Assembly (NCBI GenBank): GCA_013265495.1
Contig: MU058793.1
Coordinates: 525,970 to 589,969 of the forward strand
DNA length: 64,000 nt
From: Vicugna vicugna
Lineage: Eukaryota
Reading direction: 5' to 3'
Shown: piece by piece, positions 37,010-51,625 of the stretch
Layout of the letters: each line of letters opens with the position of its first letter
Position numbering within the stretch: position 1 is the stretch's first letter
Notes under the pieces: generated by a model
What the model was told of the DNA's origin: nothing
Seen by the model: the letters and a program-made list of their open reading frames with translations, nothing else
Databases searched by the model: none
Translations under genes and position numbers: made by a program

Positions 37010-37935
37010 AACCAAAGAAATGCAAACTAAAACAGCCATGAGATATTATTTTCCTCCTTTCAATGGGCAAATATATTTCTAAATACCCCATTTGTTATAG
37101 TCCAGATTTCCTCAATTAGAAGTGATATGTCTAACAATTATATATGTATGAAATATAGATATCAAAAGCCTTAAAATTTTTAAGCCAGAAATTCTACCTT
37201 TGACCCCAAAATTTTACTTTTAGAAATACATCTTCAGGAAATAATTAGGAACTTGTGCACAGATTTAACTATGGGAATGCGTGGCTTTGCTTATGATAAG
37301 AGAAAAAAAATATTACAAATGACCTAAGTGTCAGACAATTGAGACCAGCTAATTAAATGATGGTCTGCAATTTATAAAATTATTCAAACGAAGTAACAGA
37401 ATAAAATTTAATGACGGTGAATGGTGCTTGTACTATATTGCTGAGTCGGAAAAAAGGAGGTTGCAAAAAAAGCATGTATTGCATCTGGCCATTAAAATAT
37501 ATGCGCGTACAAATACATAACATGAATATATCCTAATGACATACAGAAAAATTATGACAGTAGTACATCATGTGTCATCATAGTTTGTTTTTTGCTACTG
37601 TTTATAATCTAAGTGTCTTATAATCAACAAGTGTTACTTTTATTATCAAAAATTCTGAAAATATTGTGAAGGTTTAGATTTTAAAGCAATTGTATAAAGG
37701 TATAATTTACATACACTTAAGTGGACTCATTTTTTAAGTATTCATTTCAATGAGTTTTGACAAACTCGGTTTCGATTTGTATTTCCTTGATGATTAGCCG
37801 TATTGAGCATCTTTTCATGTGCCTGTTGACCATCTGCATTTCCTCTTTGGAAAAATGTCTATTCAGTTCTTCTGTATGGATTTCTTTATATTTTCTCCAT
37901 GGTGTCTTTCAAAGAGCAGAAGTTTTCAATTTATT
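37010..37935. mobile_element. L1 fragments (old + strand L1ME to ~37650; minus-strand L1 ~37690-37935)
   Basis: aaagaaatgcaaactaaaacagccatgagata; gagcatcttttcatgtgcctgttgaccatctgcatttcctctttggaaaaatgtctattcag. Confidence 0.7.
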
Positions 37936-39899
37936 TTGCTTTTGAGCAAGAGAAGTGACCAGTGGTACCTTGTGGGAATTCGAAAGCATCTGCTTTTCGA
38001 TCTCAGCTGAGTCCCTGAGTTTTTTACTTGATTTCTCTCCCTCTTGCTTCATGGCATTTCCTCATTAATCCAAACAACTGGAACCTACTGGTGGAAGCTG
38101 GGAAGCTGTGAGCAGAAAAGGCAAATGAGGTGCCAGGGAAGCCACAACAAAAGCAGAAGCAAAGCACAGCCTGCTCTGGTGCTTCCTTGACCTCTAGGGA
38201 GGGAAGTGCTGTGTCTGCTGAAGCATCTTCTAGTCCTTTCTGGCTTTAAACTGATAGCAAGCAATTCCTTCATTCACAACCATCAAAAGTTGTTTTTTTT
38301 TTTCAGGGTATGATCTGGTAAGTGCTGTCACGCTTCTTTGCCAAAAGAAGAAAATATCCTTCAAAATTTTATTAGAAAAGAGACTGTCCAGAAATGTAGA
38401 ACTGGGCTTTCTGAGCTGTAGGGCTAGCTTATTCCTCCACTCCCCTAGAATCGACCGCTTTCTGCCCCAGACGAACCCCAGGCACACGTATCTCACACAA
38501 CTCAGAGGTTTTAGGGTGTGTATTTCTTTACATGTCTATCTCCTGCAACCACAGTGGAAGCTGCTTGAGGGCATGGCCATGCTTTGTCCATCTTTGTGTG
38601 GAGGAACCAGCACACAATAGAGCTCAACAGATGCTATCCCAAAGGCTGAGATACCTTTTCCCGGTCTGTACTCTACTTGATAAAAAGCTTTCTCTCTGGA
38701 GTTGGACAGACCCAGCATCGCATCTCAGCTCCAGCTCTTACCCTTGTGTTACTCAGGTTCTCAGCCTTTGAGCCTCAGTCTCTTCAGCTTACTAAAGGAG
38801 AATGATGGTTATGACGACAATCACACCTCATCGGTTTGTGTGTATTAAATGAGCAAACACAAGGAGTGCAACCCAGTGCCTGGCTCATAGGAAGGGCTGT
38901 GTCATCGTTATCTCTGATTATTTATATGCCGTATTTTATGCAACTCATTTCTTATAAAATTACTCTTAATGTTTGCTGTGGGTAGATGATGGTCATGGTG
39001 ATGATGATGGTAATAAAATAACTATCAGACTAGGTGCCTTATATGCATTATATATTTTTTAATCTTTACAGTGCAAATTTGAATTACAGTTCTTTTTACT
39101 GCTGTTTTATAGCTGTAACTGAAGTAACTGCATGAGGTCACAAAGTTCATAAGTGATGAAACTGGGATTCGGACTCTAATCTCTTTCAACACAGTCACTC
39201 TGTCCCTTCACTCAAAAAGGTATTCTCTGATGCACAGGAGAGGATGCCTGTAGCCAAGGAAGAGAGACTAAGTCACAGACATAGGGTTGTCAGATTGTTC
39301 AGCCCAGAGGAGCGGGGCTAAGGCAGCTTTGGAGACTATCCGTTTTATTCTTCCCTCCTTAGGAGATTATGTCAATTAGCATTAAGTTCTGTAGCATATT
39401 ACAGACAAATAACAGTGGCTAAAAAATGATCGATTTATTTTTATCTTACTTAAGAAAAGAGGAGAGATATTTTGTCTAAAGCTGATGTGGTGGGTTTCAG
39501 TCAGCAGAATCAGAATTTCTTCTACCTTTCTGTCCCTCAAAATTAACAGTTGACTGAAGTGCTCCCCTTCCTCATTGGGTTAGAAACTTCCTGGCCCCAC
39601 TGAGGGACTTCCAGCCCCAAGAAGCAGTGCAGCCCAAAAACCTTTTGTCTTGGGGATTTGAGACCCTCCTACCCCACTGAGTGTCAGGGTTCTGCTGGCT
39701 TGGGGAAACCCCTCTGTCCCCCCAGGTGACTCTACTAGAGACCACTGGGAGCCCCCGCAGTACCAGATTTACCAAAGTCATACCATCAAGGCTCTGAAAA
39801 TTACACTGTCATTGGACACATTTGTCCTAGACTCACATCTCAGCTCCACCTCTTGCCAGCCCACAAAAGCATGCCCAGGATTGTTTGCTGAACAGTCCC

Positions 39900-40230
39900 A
39901 TAGTTTCCCTGTTAAACTGAAAGATTTAAATAGGACCCAGAGTTTCCTAACAATAGTAGCCAAAATGTCCAGGATACAATTGAAAGCCATCATTCCAAGA
40001 ACCAGGAAAATCAAACTTGAATGAGGAAAGACAATCAGCCGACACCAGGACTGAGATAAGTCAGAAGCTCGAATTATCTGACAAGGACTTTAAAGCAGCC
40101 ATCATGAAAATGCCCCAACAATCAACTACAAATTCTCCTGAAACAAATGAAAAAAAATAGAAAATCTCAGCAAAGGTAAGTTTTCTTTTTAAAAGAGCCA
40201 AATGGAAATCATAGATTGAAAAATATAAAG
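39900..40230 (+). mobile_element. Old L1M 5' UTR / ORF1 start
   Basis: aaaatgtccaggatacaatt...gaattatctgacaaggactttaaagcagccatcatgaaaatg. Confidence 0.75.
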
Positions 40231-40997
40231 ACAGGAATAGAAGGAATGTATCTCCCAGCTGGGTCAGCGCCGTCAAAGAATCCCCAAAGAACCACTCAGT
40301 GATTTCCACTTAATCTCACTGGCTACTTTCCAGCTACAGGGGAAGCTGGGTAATGTAGTCTTCAAGTTGGACCACGAGGGATAGACTGGAGTTTTGTTTA
40401 TTGGGTAAAAGGAAAGAATTGGGTAATTAACTACCCACATCTGCCACTGAAACAAAGGGCTCATATGGTGAGAATGAGACCAAGGCTCCAGGAGTGCATT
40501 GGAATATGGACTTCTTATGGATACAACCAAGAGAAATCATGTGCCCGTAATGAGGATAATACACTTTTAGTTTCATCTGGTATGAGCCACAGTTACCAAG
40601 ATTCCTAAGAGCCTGCACAAAGACAACTTGATGCGACCTAATGTCACTAACACCTCAACAGGCTCACCTTCTCAGGGAAGGCCACTTAATTACCTGATTA
40701 ATTTGCTCATCTTAATTAACTTGTCTCTACTGTTGATAACCTTGTATTGATTGTTCTGCTGGTAGTAATTAGAAAAGTGGTAGAGAAGTAAATGGAGAAA
40801 TAGCAAGAAGGAAAAACAGAACATGCATTCCTGTCTCCCAGGAATCTACCCTCTAGGCTTTGAGCTCAACACTTTTGTTTCTCCTTCTGGGTTAATATAC
40901 TAGAGAGGCAAATCATTTCTCTGCTAATCATTTCTACCTGCTCCATATTCCTTCTTAGAGGGTATGCCCTTTCCATTTCCTCAGAGACCCTGCTTCC

Positions 40998-41305
40998 TTA
41001 AAACAGACTCACGGACATGGAAAACAAACTTACGGTTACCAAAGGGGAAAGGGCGGGGGACTGGGGATAAGTTAGGGGTCGGGGATTAGCAGACACACAT
41101 TACTATATATAAAACAGATAAACAACAAGGACCTACTGTCTAGCACAGGGAACTATATTCAATTTCTTGTAATAACATAGAATGGAAAAGAATCTGAAAA
41201 GAAAACATATATATGTATGTATATGTATAACTGAATCACTTTGCTGTACACCTGAAACTAACATTGTAAACCAACTATACTTCAATCAAAAATTAAAAAA
41301 AAAAA
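40998..41305 (+). mobile_element. 5'-truncated L1 with TSD
   Basis: TSD agaccctgcttcc (40985-40997) / agacgctgcttcc (41306-41318). Confidence 0.92.
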
Positions 41306-41866
41306 AGACGCTGCTTCCATATCCCTTCATGGCCCTACCCCCTCAACCACAGCTGACTGGACAATGGATAAACATACAACCTAAGATGAATCAATCATTT
41401 TGTCAGTTTTTTGGAGCATGAAGAAACAGTATCAGTTAATTCGGGGTGCTGCAACTGTAGGATTAGACAGCTCTGGAGGGCAGCCAGGGCAGTCATTTTG
41501 TGGCAGCCGTCTTGAACCTACAAGTTTCAGGTTTAACCCCCACCAGCTATCAGACAGCTGGCCAGTCAAGTTTACTGGACTCCCAGTAGCTTTACAATTC
41601 CTGGTCCCAGATTTTTCCCCCCTAACCATACTTCTTATTCTGGGGTTTATAGGATACCTCTGATTCTTTTACAAAAGTCTCCTTGTACATAAGTTCACAC
41701 AAATTGGTTGCCATTTCTTGCAACCCAGTGAGCTCTTAATATAGTAAAGCACGCTCACCATTGACTTCTCTCCATTTTAGTTTTAAATGCCTCTGGTGAA
41801 AATGCACATTTAGGGAACCTATGAAACATCAGTAACATGGACGTTGCTGTCAAAAGTGTATAACCT

Positions 41867-42216
41867 GAGAACAGATTGATGGTTGGCAGAGGCAGAGGAT
41901 GGGGGTAGGAGAAATGGGTGAAGGTAGTCAGAAACAAACTTCGAGTTACAAGATAAATAAGTTCTGGAGATATAATGTACAATGTAATAACTATAGTTAA
42001 TAATACTGTACTGTGTATTTGAAAGTTGCTAAGAGAGTGGATCTTAAAAGTTCACATCTCAAGGGGGAAAATGTTGTAAGTATGTGAGGTGATGGATGTT
42101 AACCAAATTTATTGTGGTAATAATTTTGCAATATATATGTATATTAAATCATATAAAATTATATATCTTAAATTAATACAATTCTTTATGTTAATTGTCT
42201 CTCAATAAAACTGAGG
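41867..42216 (+). mobile_element. Older L1MA-type 3' end
   Basis: aactatagttaataatactgtactgtgtatttgaaagttgctaagagagtggatcttaaaagttc; imperfect TSD around tgtataa. Confidence 0.85.
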
Positions 42217-44527
42217 AAAATGTATAAACTGATACACTGCTCTGCCCTCCATCAGGACCAGTATTAAGTCTTTCCTACCCAGTTAATCAGGGCTCTGCCT
42301 GCCATGAACATGTCACCATTTCACCACCGACGTTAGTTCTTTGGAATCCCCTAATTCTCATACGCCACCCAGATTCCCAGAACTCTATTGCCTCCCAGAA
42401 GTAATCATAGTCAACACTTAGTGCCAGTTATTTTGGCTTGGGGCCATGGCCTTGCAATGCTGGAACTGAAGTGATGCTTTCCTATCTAATTTGATTGGAT
42501 TGAGTGTTCCAGTAAGACTGGCGATGTTTTCCTTGCTTCAGGGTCCATCCTAATGAGCAAATGCTGCCTCTCTTTCATAGAAGGTTGCAAATGTGGCCTT
42601 GTAAAGGAAATCTTTACAAATGCTTCTTGGTGTCTTAGAGATCACCCAACACAATCACACGTGGGGTATGCTGGGAAAGACTAAAATAAACCTGATTTAT
42701 CCTCCCCATACACCTTTTATTATTGTAGGTTCAGAGTTTTTAAAAAATATGTTCCTCCAAACTTTGTTTATTTAGGATATGATGGAAGTGAAAGAGCCAA
42801 CAAAAATTAAAAGCATCTTAATCAGGGAGACAGAGCCATACCCATCTGGAGTCCTGTATCCCCAGTCCTGTTATCTGGCCCAGAAGCCCTGCCTGAGTTT
42901 GCACAAGTCACACAAACAAAAACAGCTCCAAACTTTGTTAAGAAGAATAAGGACATCTTAACAGAAAGAGCAGTGCAGAGGAAGCCATGTGCTTCTCACA
43001 GCTCTTTGATGGCTTCATAGTGCTAAGAGTTTTCACTGTTCCTGACAGAGCAACAGTCTGGAAGTTCAATTCCAGAAGATGGAGGAAGCCCATCATAGCC
43101 CTAAACTTCATATAAGAAAGTCAAGCAACACTTTTTTTTCCTTCTCTGTTACCTGAGCCTAACCTAATCCTCATGAATACACAAACTTCAGTGGTGACAA
43201 ACATCTGCCTACAACATCACAAATGGCAACATAGTATTCCAGGATAGGGAAACCACAGTTTACCATTGTAGAATGTTTAAGCTAGTTTTAATATTTTTCT
43301 ATCTTAAACAAGGTATTAATGAACTCACTAGTAGTAAAACATCCATGTGCATCCTCGGATATCTCCTTAGGATAAACTCCTAAACTACTTATGTACACCA
43401 GTTTATGTGGGTACAGCTAAACTATTGAACATATTTAAGATTTTTGGAACTTTTTGCAAAACTCCTCTCCAGAGAGGCAGCACCAAATTATGCTTCTACA
43501 AAACTTGCAAGAAGCTATCTGTTAATTGATACCCTCAACACACTGGGGATGATTATTTTTGAACTTTGACCATTTGATTTATACTAGGCTTTTGCAATCA
43601 GAGCCAAGGTGGTGTGTTATCTCTCAGTCTAATAATAGCTATCCTCTCCCCATCACCACAACCAATGCTATCAATTTCTCTGCACTAGTGGTGCCAGCAC
43701 CAATTATACTTCTACCATGTTTATTTCACCTAGCGGAAGAGGAAATTTACAACCACTCATTCATTTATTCATTCACCCAAAGTTACTGAGTACCTACTTT
43801 GTACCAACATTGTTGTAGGTGCTGTTGATACAGTGATAGGTAAGACTGACAAGATCCTTATCTTCAGGGAGCAGATGGCCCCTGCCACCATTCACACAGC
43901 AGCCTGCCTGGGGCTCAAGATCTCCTTCCATCCCTGCACACTGGACCCATCCCAGATCTTCCTCTTTCTCCCATCGACATTCACTCATCAGCCTTGGAAA
44001 GCTTCACAGACATCATCTTCTTAATCCTGCTGGTCATAATTGGAGATGGTCACCATGACAACACTATAACAGACTCTTCCTGAGTAATCTGAGTATTAGA
44101 CATATCAGAGTGGGTCCAAATATGCTAAAGAGGAGACTCAGTCTTAATTTAATAGAAGATTAATTTTTCCTGAGTGCAGTCTCTCAATTATAGATGGTAT
44201 TCTCTGACATCCAAATGACTTCAACCATATGGGCAAGCCATAGGTCCCACCACCCTTCAATTCCTGAGCATCTAACCAGTTCAAGGAGGTCAGAGCTTTG
44301 GAATATTCCAGGAATCACAAACTCTCTAAGGCAGATGCCATCTCTGAAAAAATGAAGTACAACCCCCCTCCTATTTAGGAATCTCTCCAGTCTTCACCTT
44401 TCACATGCTATCACCCTCCAGCTCTGTAGTTTTCTAGGGCAGACACATAGAGGACCTGACCCAGGAGCCAGGATCCTTTCCCAGATGCAGCCAGAGTCAG
44501 ACACAGGTTTGGGGACTGCAAAGAAAT

Positions 44528-44831
44528 ATGCTAAGTGATAGACAGAGAAAGACAAATACTGTATGATGTCACCTATATGTGGGATCTAAAAAATACAACA
44601 AATTGGTACATATGACCCAAAAAAGCAGACTCACAGACATAGAGAATAAACTATTGGTTACCAGTGAGGAAACGTGAGTAGGAACAATATAAAGGTGGGG
44701 GACTGGGAGACACAAACTCCTGGGTGTAAGACAGGCTTAAGGATGTATTGTACAGCAAAGGGAATATAGTCAGTATTTTGTAATAACTGTAAATGGAAAG
44801 CAACTTTAAAATTTGTTTTAAATTTAAAAAT
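44528..44831 (+). mobile_element. 5'-truncated L1
   Basis: gacagagaaagacaaatactgtatgatgtcacc...gcagactcacagacatagagaa; flanked by aaagaaat repeats (44520-44527, 44832-44839). Confidence 0.85.
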
Positions 44832-47800
44832 AAAGAAATGCCCAAATGTTCTGATCTGAGGGACAGTGACCTGACAATGGCTCCAAAAAACCCCAAAATA
44901 TCTCTGGATCCTCAACTACAGCCCCAGTCAGGTCACATGGGTCTATCTCTTGCAGATTTTATGAGAAAAAATAATGTATATTTCAGGAGAATTCCAAGTC
45001 CAAGAAGATGGTGTGTGCATGTGTGAGTGTGTATGTTCATACATGTGAATGTGTGTCCGTGGATGGAGGTGGGGGAGTTCTTTACAAACCATCCGGCAAA
45101 TACAGGTGAACGGGCCTGACCATATATGTGCATGCAAGTCTCCTTCCTTTTGCTACTTTCCACAGGAGCAAAAGAAAGAGATCAAAAGTCATTGAGCTCT
45201 GCAGGTTCAGGTTCCATCATACATTTGCTTATTTTTGTCTGTTCCCTGAAGGAAGGTAAGCTCTATGGGAGTAGGGGTCTGGTCTATCTTGCTTGCTACC
45301 ACCTCCCAATAGCCTAGAATGGTGCGCGGCGTATAGTAGGTGCTCAAAAATTAATGTAAACAAAGACATCATCACATTTCATTCACACAATGATGCTGCG
45401 CGGGGACCTCCATTACTCAATCACTCATTCAACAATTTTGCCCAAGTGTCTACTATGTGCCTGACATCATACCAGCCATGAATTATAGTTAATCATCTTC
45501 CTCCTCCCTGCCAGGTCCCTTTGTACCTGTATCACAGAAGATGAGGATGCGCCTTTGTTAGCAGGTTGCACAGACACTTGGCATTTTATCTGTCCCTTCA
45601 AAACAATTTTGGCACAAGGGAGGGGAATCACATTTGATTTATGACTGATGATGTAGATAAATGCCATCCTCCACCAATGCACACACACACATACACACTC
45701 ATTTACTCACACATATGAGGTACAGTGGAAGAGATGTGGTTCCAATAACTCCACATTTATGTCTTCCTGTGCCCCCAGTGCAGGCAGGTAGGATCCCACC
45801 CAACTCATACGTACATATCAATTTCACCACCTCTCTCCTTCCCCAATGCAGACTCTCAGCTTACACTGAGCCTTGTCCTGCAGAGAACAAGCCTTTCTCA
45901 TCCCAGGCTGGGATCGCCAAAGGGGGCTCTACCTCCAGCCAGGTACCAAGTGAGAAAGTCAGAAGCATTCTGGAGGTCTCATTATTCCCAAGGCGAGATG
46001 AGAAGGGGCCCCAGAGGGTGAAGTCTCCTGCAGCCGGCTCACGGGTGACTGGCACCTAGGTTTAATGGAGCTGGCTTTGGGACCTGGGATCCGGCACACT
46101 GCCATGGCAACAGATGGGCACGTGGGGAGATAGCCAACAGATAATGTATGAGCAACAAATGTGTTTGTCGAGGGCAGTTTTCCCAGGCAGAGGCATCAAC
46201 ACAGACTCATCCTGAGTCTCCACACCTGTGCGCCTCTTCTGTTTAAAAAATCTGCTGGAGGCTGAGGTCCCAAACACCGGAGAGGGGCCCCCACAACTGC
46301 TATCTAATTCCTACAGGAGGGAGGAAGGGATGACTCCAAGGGAGCGCAGGGAAGGATGCCCCAGGGGGAGCAAAATGATGCTGACGCCTATTTCCAGTGA
46401 AAGCATCAAGAAGGAGTGAGGTCGGACGCAAAGAAGATTCCCACGGGTTTGTCTGTGTTTCTCCTCTTGCAGCTGAGAAGTCGGGAAAGCCATTTTATGA
46501 CACTCATGTAGCCCTGATGAGCTTGGAGGAAGAATGGGAAACATTCACAACATTGGCAGCTGCCCTAGGACCTTCTCCATGGGAACCATAAGCTCTATCT
46601 TTGCAAGGTATAAATTAAGAAAATCATGACTCATGTGCAGAGATAAGAAACGCACAGCTCGTGTGCAGACACCAACTCATCTTGTGTCCAGAGGAGACCC
46701 CACAAACTGATTACAATGTATTTAATACTTTCCCATGATCCCAAGGTAGGGCTTCAGATCATTGGAAATTTACTATCTAGTACATTCACAGGGTGCAAAA
46801 TATACAAGTATATATTTGATAAACCCCCTCCCTCTCACCCCTGATCCCCAGCCACCCAGTTCCTGCCCCCAGACTGGAACCAATGTGCTCAGACTCAAAA
46901 TCTTTGATGAGACAACATTCCAGGCAACCGATCGCTTTGAGAGGATGTGGTGCAGGAGATGAAACTGACTTCCCACTCACAATCTAATCTTCCAATTTCA
47001 GAAAAGTGGCCCAGCAGCATTTTTTTCTAGCCTTAGTCTCTGTCACTCAGTGGTCTGCAGACTTGGCTCTGGGGCAATGATTAGACCCACGATAACAATT
47101 TTATACAGATGGGTACCTGTGTGCCCACAATATCCTGAGTAAAGTCTGGGCTTCACAGAGGTTGGTATCCACCAAACAGGGCCAGGATCACCTGGCAGGT
47201 TTTTGCCTATTAGATCTTCTCATGGACTATCTGAAGCTTTCACTGGGGGATGAGGGACAGATGCCTAGCTGGAAAATTTTCACTGGGCTGTGAAGGTTGA
47301 CAAGACAAGGGACAGAAGAGCAAGCACTGGACTGGTTCCCATCTGGGACCTTCTCCCTGTTCTGGTATCTCCTAGTTGTATGACCTTGGGAATGCCACTT
47401 CCCGTTTCTGAGGTAAAATGAAGGGCTACCCTGCTGAAGAGCAGTAGCAGGGTGGTTGCATCCATGAACTTCAGAGCCCGGCTCTCTAGGGGGGGACTCT
47501 CGTCTCTAGTCCTCACCAGTCTGTGGCCCTGTGTGAGACACAGAAACTCTTCTAACCATCATGTTCCCCTAAGTAAAGTCAGGATAATAATAGGACCTCC
47601 CTCCTGGGGTTATTGTGAGAATTAAATGGGCTCACAATACATTTAAACTGTGTTACATAATCCCTAACACATGGTCCGCACTCAATAAACTTTAGCTGTT
47701 ATTATTTTATGATGACTTTCAAAGGTGGCAGTAGATAGTAAAAGGAACAGACTGGGGAATTAACTACCTACTTTTATGCCAATACTGCTAATGACAACTG

Positions 47801-48157
47801 GTTACTAAGTTATTTGAAACTTCTCAACTTGCCCTTGCTGCCACCCATGTCCTCCGGCTGCAGTAGTATTAATTCTGTAATCAGTGATTAGATCCAGAGG
47901 TGTTGATGGTGGTAGCCTGCTTCCACCAAAATAAAGCTTCTTCCACCTTGACATCAAAATCACTTAGGCTAAAAGAGAACGAAGAAAATGTCTATAGGAA
48001 AACCAGGCTTCATGCTGAAGATGTGGTCATGGCTTTTGTCCTTAGTAGGCAAAATAGGGAAGACCTGTTTGGTGGTAGGAAGGTTTGGTCCCCGTGTTAT
48101 CAAAGTATCAATAGACCTCCATTAAGAAACTTTCCTGAGAAGCGTCATCAGTGTCTC

Positions 48158-48611
48158 TGCTATGAGTTGAAATGGGTCCCCCTAAAAGGTGTGTTGAGGT
48201 ACCCTCAGTACCTGTGACGATGACCTTATTTGGGAACAGGGTCTTTGCAGAGGCCATACTGAATTAGGGTGGGACCTCATACTGAATTAGGGTGAGATGT
48301 CATCCACTAAAACTGATGTCCTTATAAAAAGAGACACAGACACACAGGGAGAATGCCATGTGCTCACAGTGGCCCAGATTAGAGTGAAGGGTCTACAAGC
48401 CAAGGAAGGCCAAGGATGGCTGGCAGGCACCAGAAGCTAAGGGAAAGGCATGGACATATTTTCATCTAGATCCTTCAGAAAGAGCATGGCCCTGCCAATA
48501 CACTGTTTGCAGACTTCTAGCCTCGAGGACTATGGAGAGAATAACTTTTTCTTACGTTAAGCCATCCAAATTTGTGGTAGTTTGTTACAGCTGCCCTGGG
48601 AAGCTAACGTA
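48158..48611 (+). mobile_element. Complete MLT1C-like MaLR solo LTR with 5-bp TSD
   Basis: TSD gtctc at 48153-48157 and 48612-48616; gaccttatttgggaacagggtctttgcaga; acaagccaaggaaggccaagga. Confidence 0.9.
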
Positions 48612-50965
48612 GTCTCTGATGACAGTCAATTTGGAAGCTTGAGAAAGAAAGGAAAGGCAGGGAGATAACGTCTTTGAGACCATATATGACTATTCTCATC
48701 TGCACATATTTAAGTAATTATGCCCAGAAGGATTATGTCACCAATGTTCTGCTAACCTCATTCCCATTTCAGGGTCCATCTGGTTGTTCCCTCACACTGG
48801 AAATCTCTTGTCCCAAATCTTACTGTGTAGCACCTCTCTTCTTGCAGTCAGTCTGAGGGGCCTTTGTGGACTATCCTGACTCCAGTAGCCCAAGCCTCCT
48901 GGCACTCTTTATCATTTTTCCCTGTTAAGTCATTTCAAAACTCAATGCCGTATGCAACTCTCTTGTTGAGTTGCTGCCTGTTTGGCTTGCCCCACTCCAC
49001 TGTGGCAGGATGCGAATGCCACAGAAGAGGAACATGCTGTCTTGGGCCCCCCTCTCTGCAGCACTCAGAACAGCACCTGGTTCATAACAGGAACATGATT
49101 CCATAATCCATCATGTCTAAGATGACCTCAGTTGCGAACTGCATCATCACTGTGTGCCACTAAGACAAAAGAAGGCTGCTAATGAAACTCTGGCCAGACA
49201 GTAATCAAGAGACATATCTCAACTCAGAGATGTTAAATTGTGAAAGAAACATGCATCTTGGATGCAATGACATATGGTAACTGTTTCAGTAACGATGGCT
49301 CCATGCAAAGCTCTGTTCTTGAAGAAATCTCAATCCCTGTGGAAACCAACACAGAAATTACAGTGCTGAACTTGAGCATGGTTTCAAGTCTGAGAAGGTC
49401 TCACACACAAAGTGGAAAGAGAGAGTAGGATGGCTGCCCGGATCCGCGGGTAGAGGCCAATGTGTCTGTCACAAGGAGCTTTCTGGCCACTTTCACAGCT
49501 CACGATGGCATCACTGAACTTCTGAACCCAAGCATCAGGTTGTGCGGCCTACTGAATTTCACTTGTTGGATAGCACTTCCCAGCCTACATTCCACTTTCA
49601 CAGGGATCCCCACATTTCCTTCCACCTGACAACAACCCGTTAAGACAGGCAGGTGAAGGCACTGAGGTTAAATGACTCACCCAAAGTCACCTGGATAATT
49701 AGCGCCATAGTCAGGACCTGAACAAATTCTGCTAATGCCACGTCCAGATTTCTTGCTACACATCCAATTGACTCCAGTGCCTAACCCAAGCTAATTACAG
49801 GGCTTGCTGATTACAAATTCTATTGTTAAATAGAATGAATTGAAATGAAGTCAGCTGGTGAACATTCTGAAAGATTCCAGAAAAGTATAAACAAGTATTT
49901 GTGTGCCCTTGAAAGGGTCATCTGACCACCTGGTTCCTGAGTCACCTATGAGAGCCCCCCCACCCAGCCACCATGTCCCCCGTTTTTATTCCAAAGTCCT
50001 CTTCATGTAAAAGAGCTATTGAGCCAGTGAGAGAAAAAGTCTGGGCTCCTCTGGGGGTGCATTTTGGAGCAGTTTGCTGTTTTCTTAAAGCTTGGGGAAG
50101 AGTAAGCGGTAATCAATAGTGAAATCTGCCTGAATCTCGGAGGCTCGATGAAGGTGCTTTTGAAGCACATCACAGAGCTTGATTTTCTGTTATTTAGTGC
50201 CAAAAGTTATTACCTCAGCAGCAGTGCAATGTCTAATTTATACCCAATTGTTAGCTGAAATCTATTAAAGTTTATTAGCGCCACCTCAGAATACAGTAAC
50301 ATCTCACTGGTTCTGCTCCTGTTTAAATTGACCAGCTGGTTTAACTCTATTAGCTTTGAGGCTGAGATAAACTCGAGTCCGCAGGAGCCATCTGTGGCAC
50401 TAGGGGAGAATGAATACAGATGAAGCTTGGGGTATTTGGGGTGTTAGCTGCTACCAAATTGCTACAGGCTCCCTCTGTCTTGATGCAGCCACGACCCTGT
50501 TATTTCATTACCAATGGGATGGGGAGCTGTTCTCAGAATTCAGAGAGCAGTTGTCAATGTGATGGAGTTTCCAGCAGAGAGGGAGGCATTCCCGGAATTG
50601 TGAGGCTGACAGCCCACAATAGTGACTTGGAGGAACTCGGATTGTCTGAAAGGAGAAACTGATTTTTCAAGACGTTTTCCCATTGCCTGCAAATCCATGA
50701 CTTCTGGAAGGGCACCTCCAGTTGGACTGAGGGACAACAGACGATCTAATGTTACCAGTAGAGAGATGTTCTGACCTTGGGTCCATCCTACCTATTCTTG
50801 GGCCAAGATCTCAAAGAAATCAGCCCACAAACATATGGAAACATTTAAGTAGAGGTGGAATGACCCTCTAGAATGGTACACAGCATCTGGTTGTTTTGGA
50901 CTGCCTGAAAAAGTGAGAATCCTGGACATAGAAGTCACCCAGATCTGGTTTGAAAACTGACCCCA

Positions 50966-51625
50966 CTTCTGGGCATGTATCCAGAGAAGACTTGAATTTG
51001 AAAAGATACGTGCGTCCCAATGTTCATAGCAGCACTATTTACAAAAGCCAAGATGTGGAAGCAACCTAAGTGTCCATCAACAGACAACTGGATAAAGCAG
51101 TTGTGGTGTGTGTGTGTGTGTGTGTGTGGGTATTACTCGGCCATAAAAAAGAATGAATTAATGCCATTTGCAGCAACATGAATGGACCTAGAGATTATCA
51201 TACTAAGTGAAGTCAGACAGAGAAAGACAAATATATGACACCACTTATATGTGGAATCTAGAAAAATGACACAAATGAACTTACTTATAAAACAGAAACA
51301 GACTCACAGACATGGAAAAAAACTATGGTTACCAAAGGGGAAAGGTAGGGAGGGATAAATTAGGAGTTTGGGATTAGTAGATATAAACTACTATATACAA
51401 AATAGGTAAAAAACAAATTCTACTTTATAGCACAGGGAACTATATTCAATACTTTGTAATAACCTATGATGGAAAAGAAAATGAAAAAGAATACATGTAT
51501 CTATATATAACTGAATCACTATGCTATACACCAGAAACTAACACAACATTATAAATCAATTATGTTTCAGTTTAAAACCATTCAAAAAAACAAGAACAAA
51601 TGACCGAACAACAGCAAAAAAAACC
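50966..51625 (+). mobile_element. 5'-truncated L1 inserted in a MIR; internal (TG)n
   Basis: TSD ctgacccca at 50957-50965 and 51626-51634. Confidence 0.92.
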
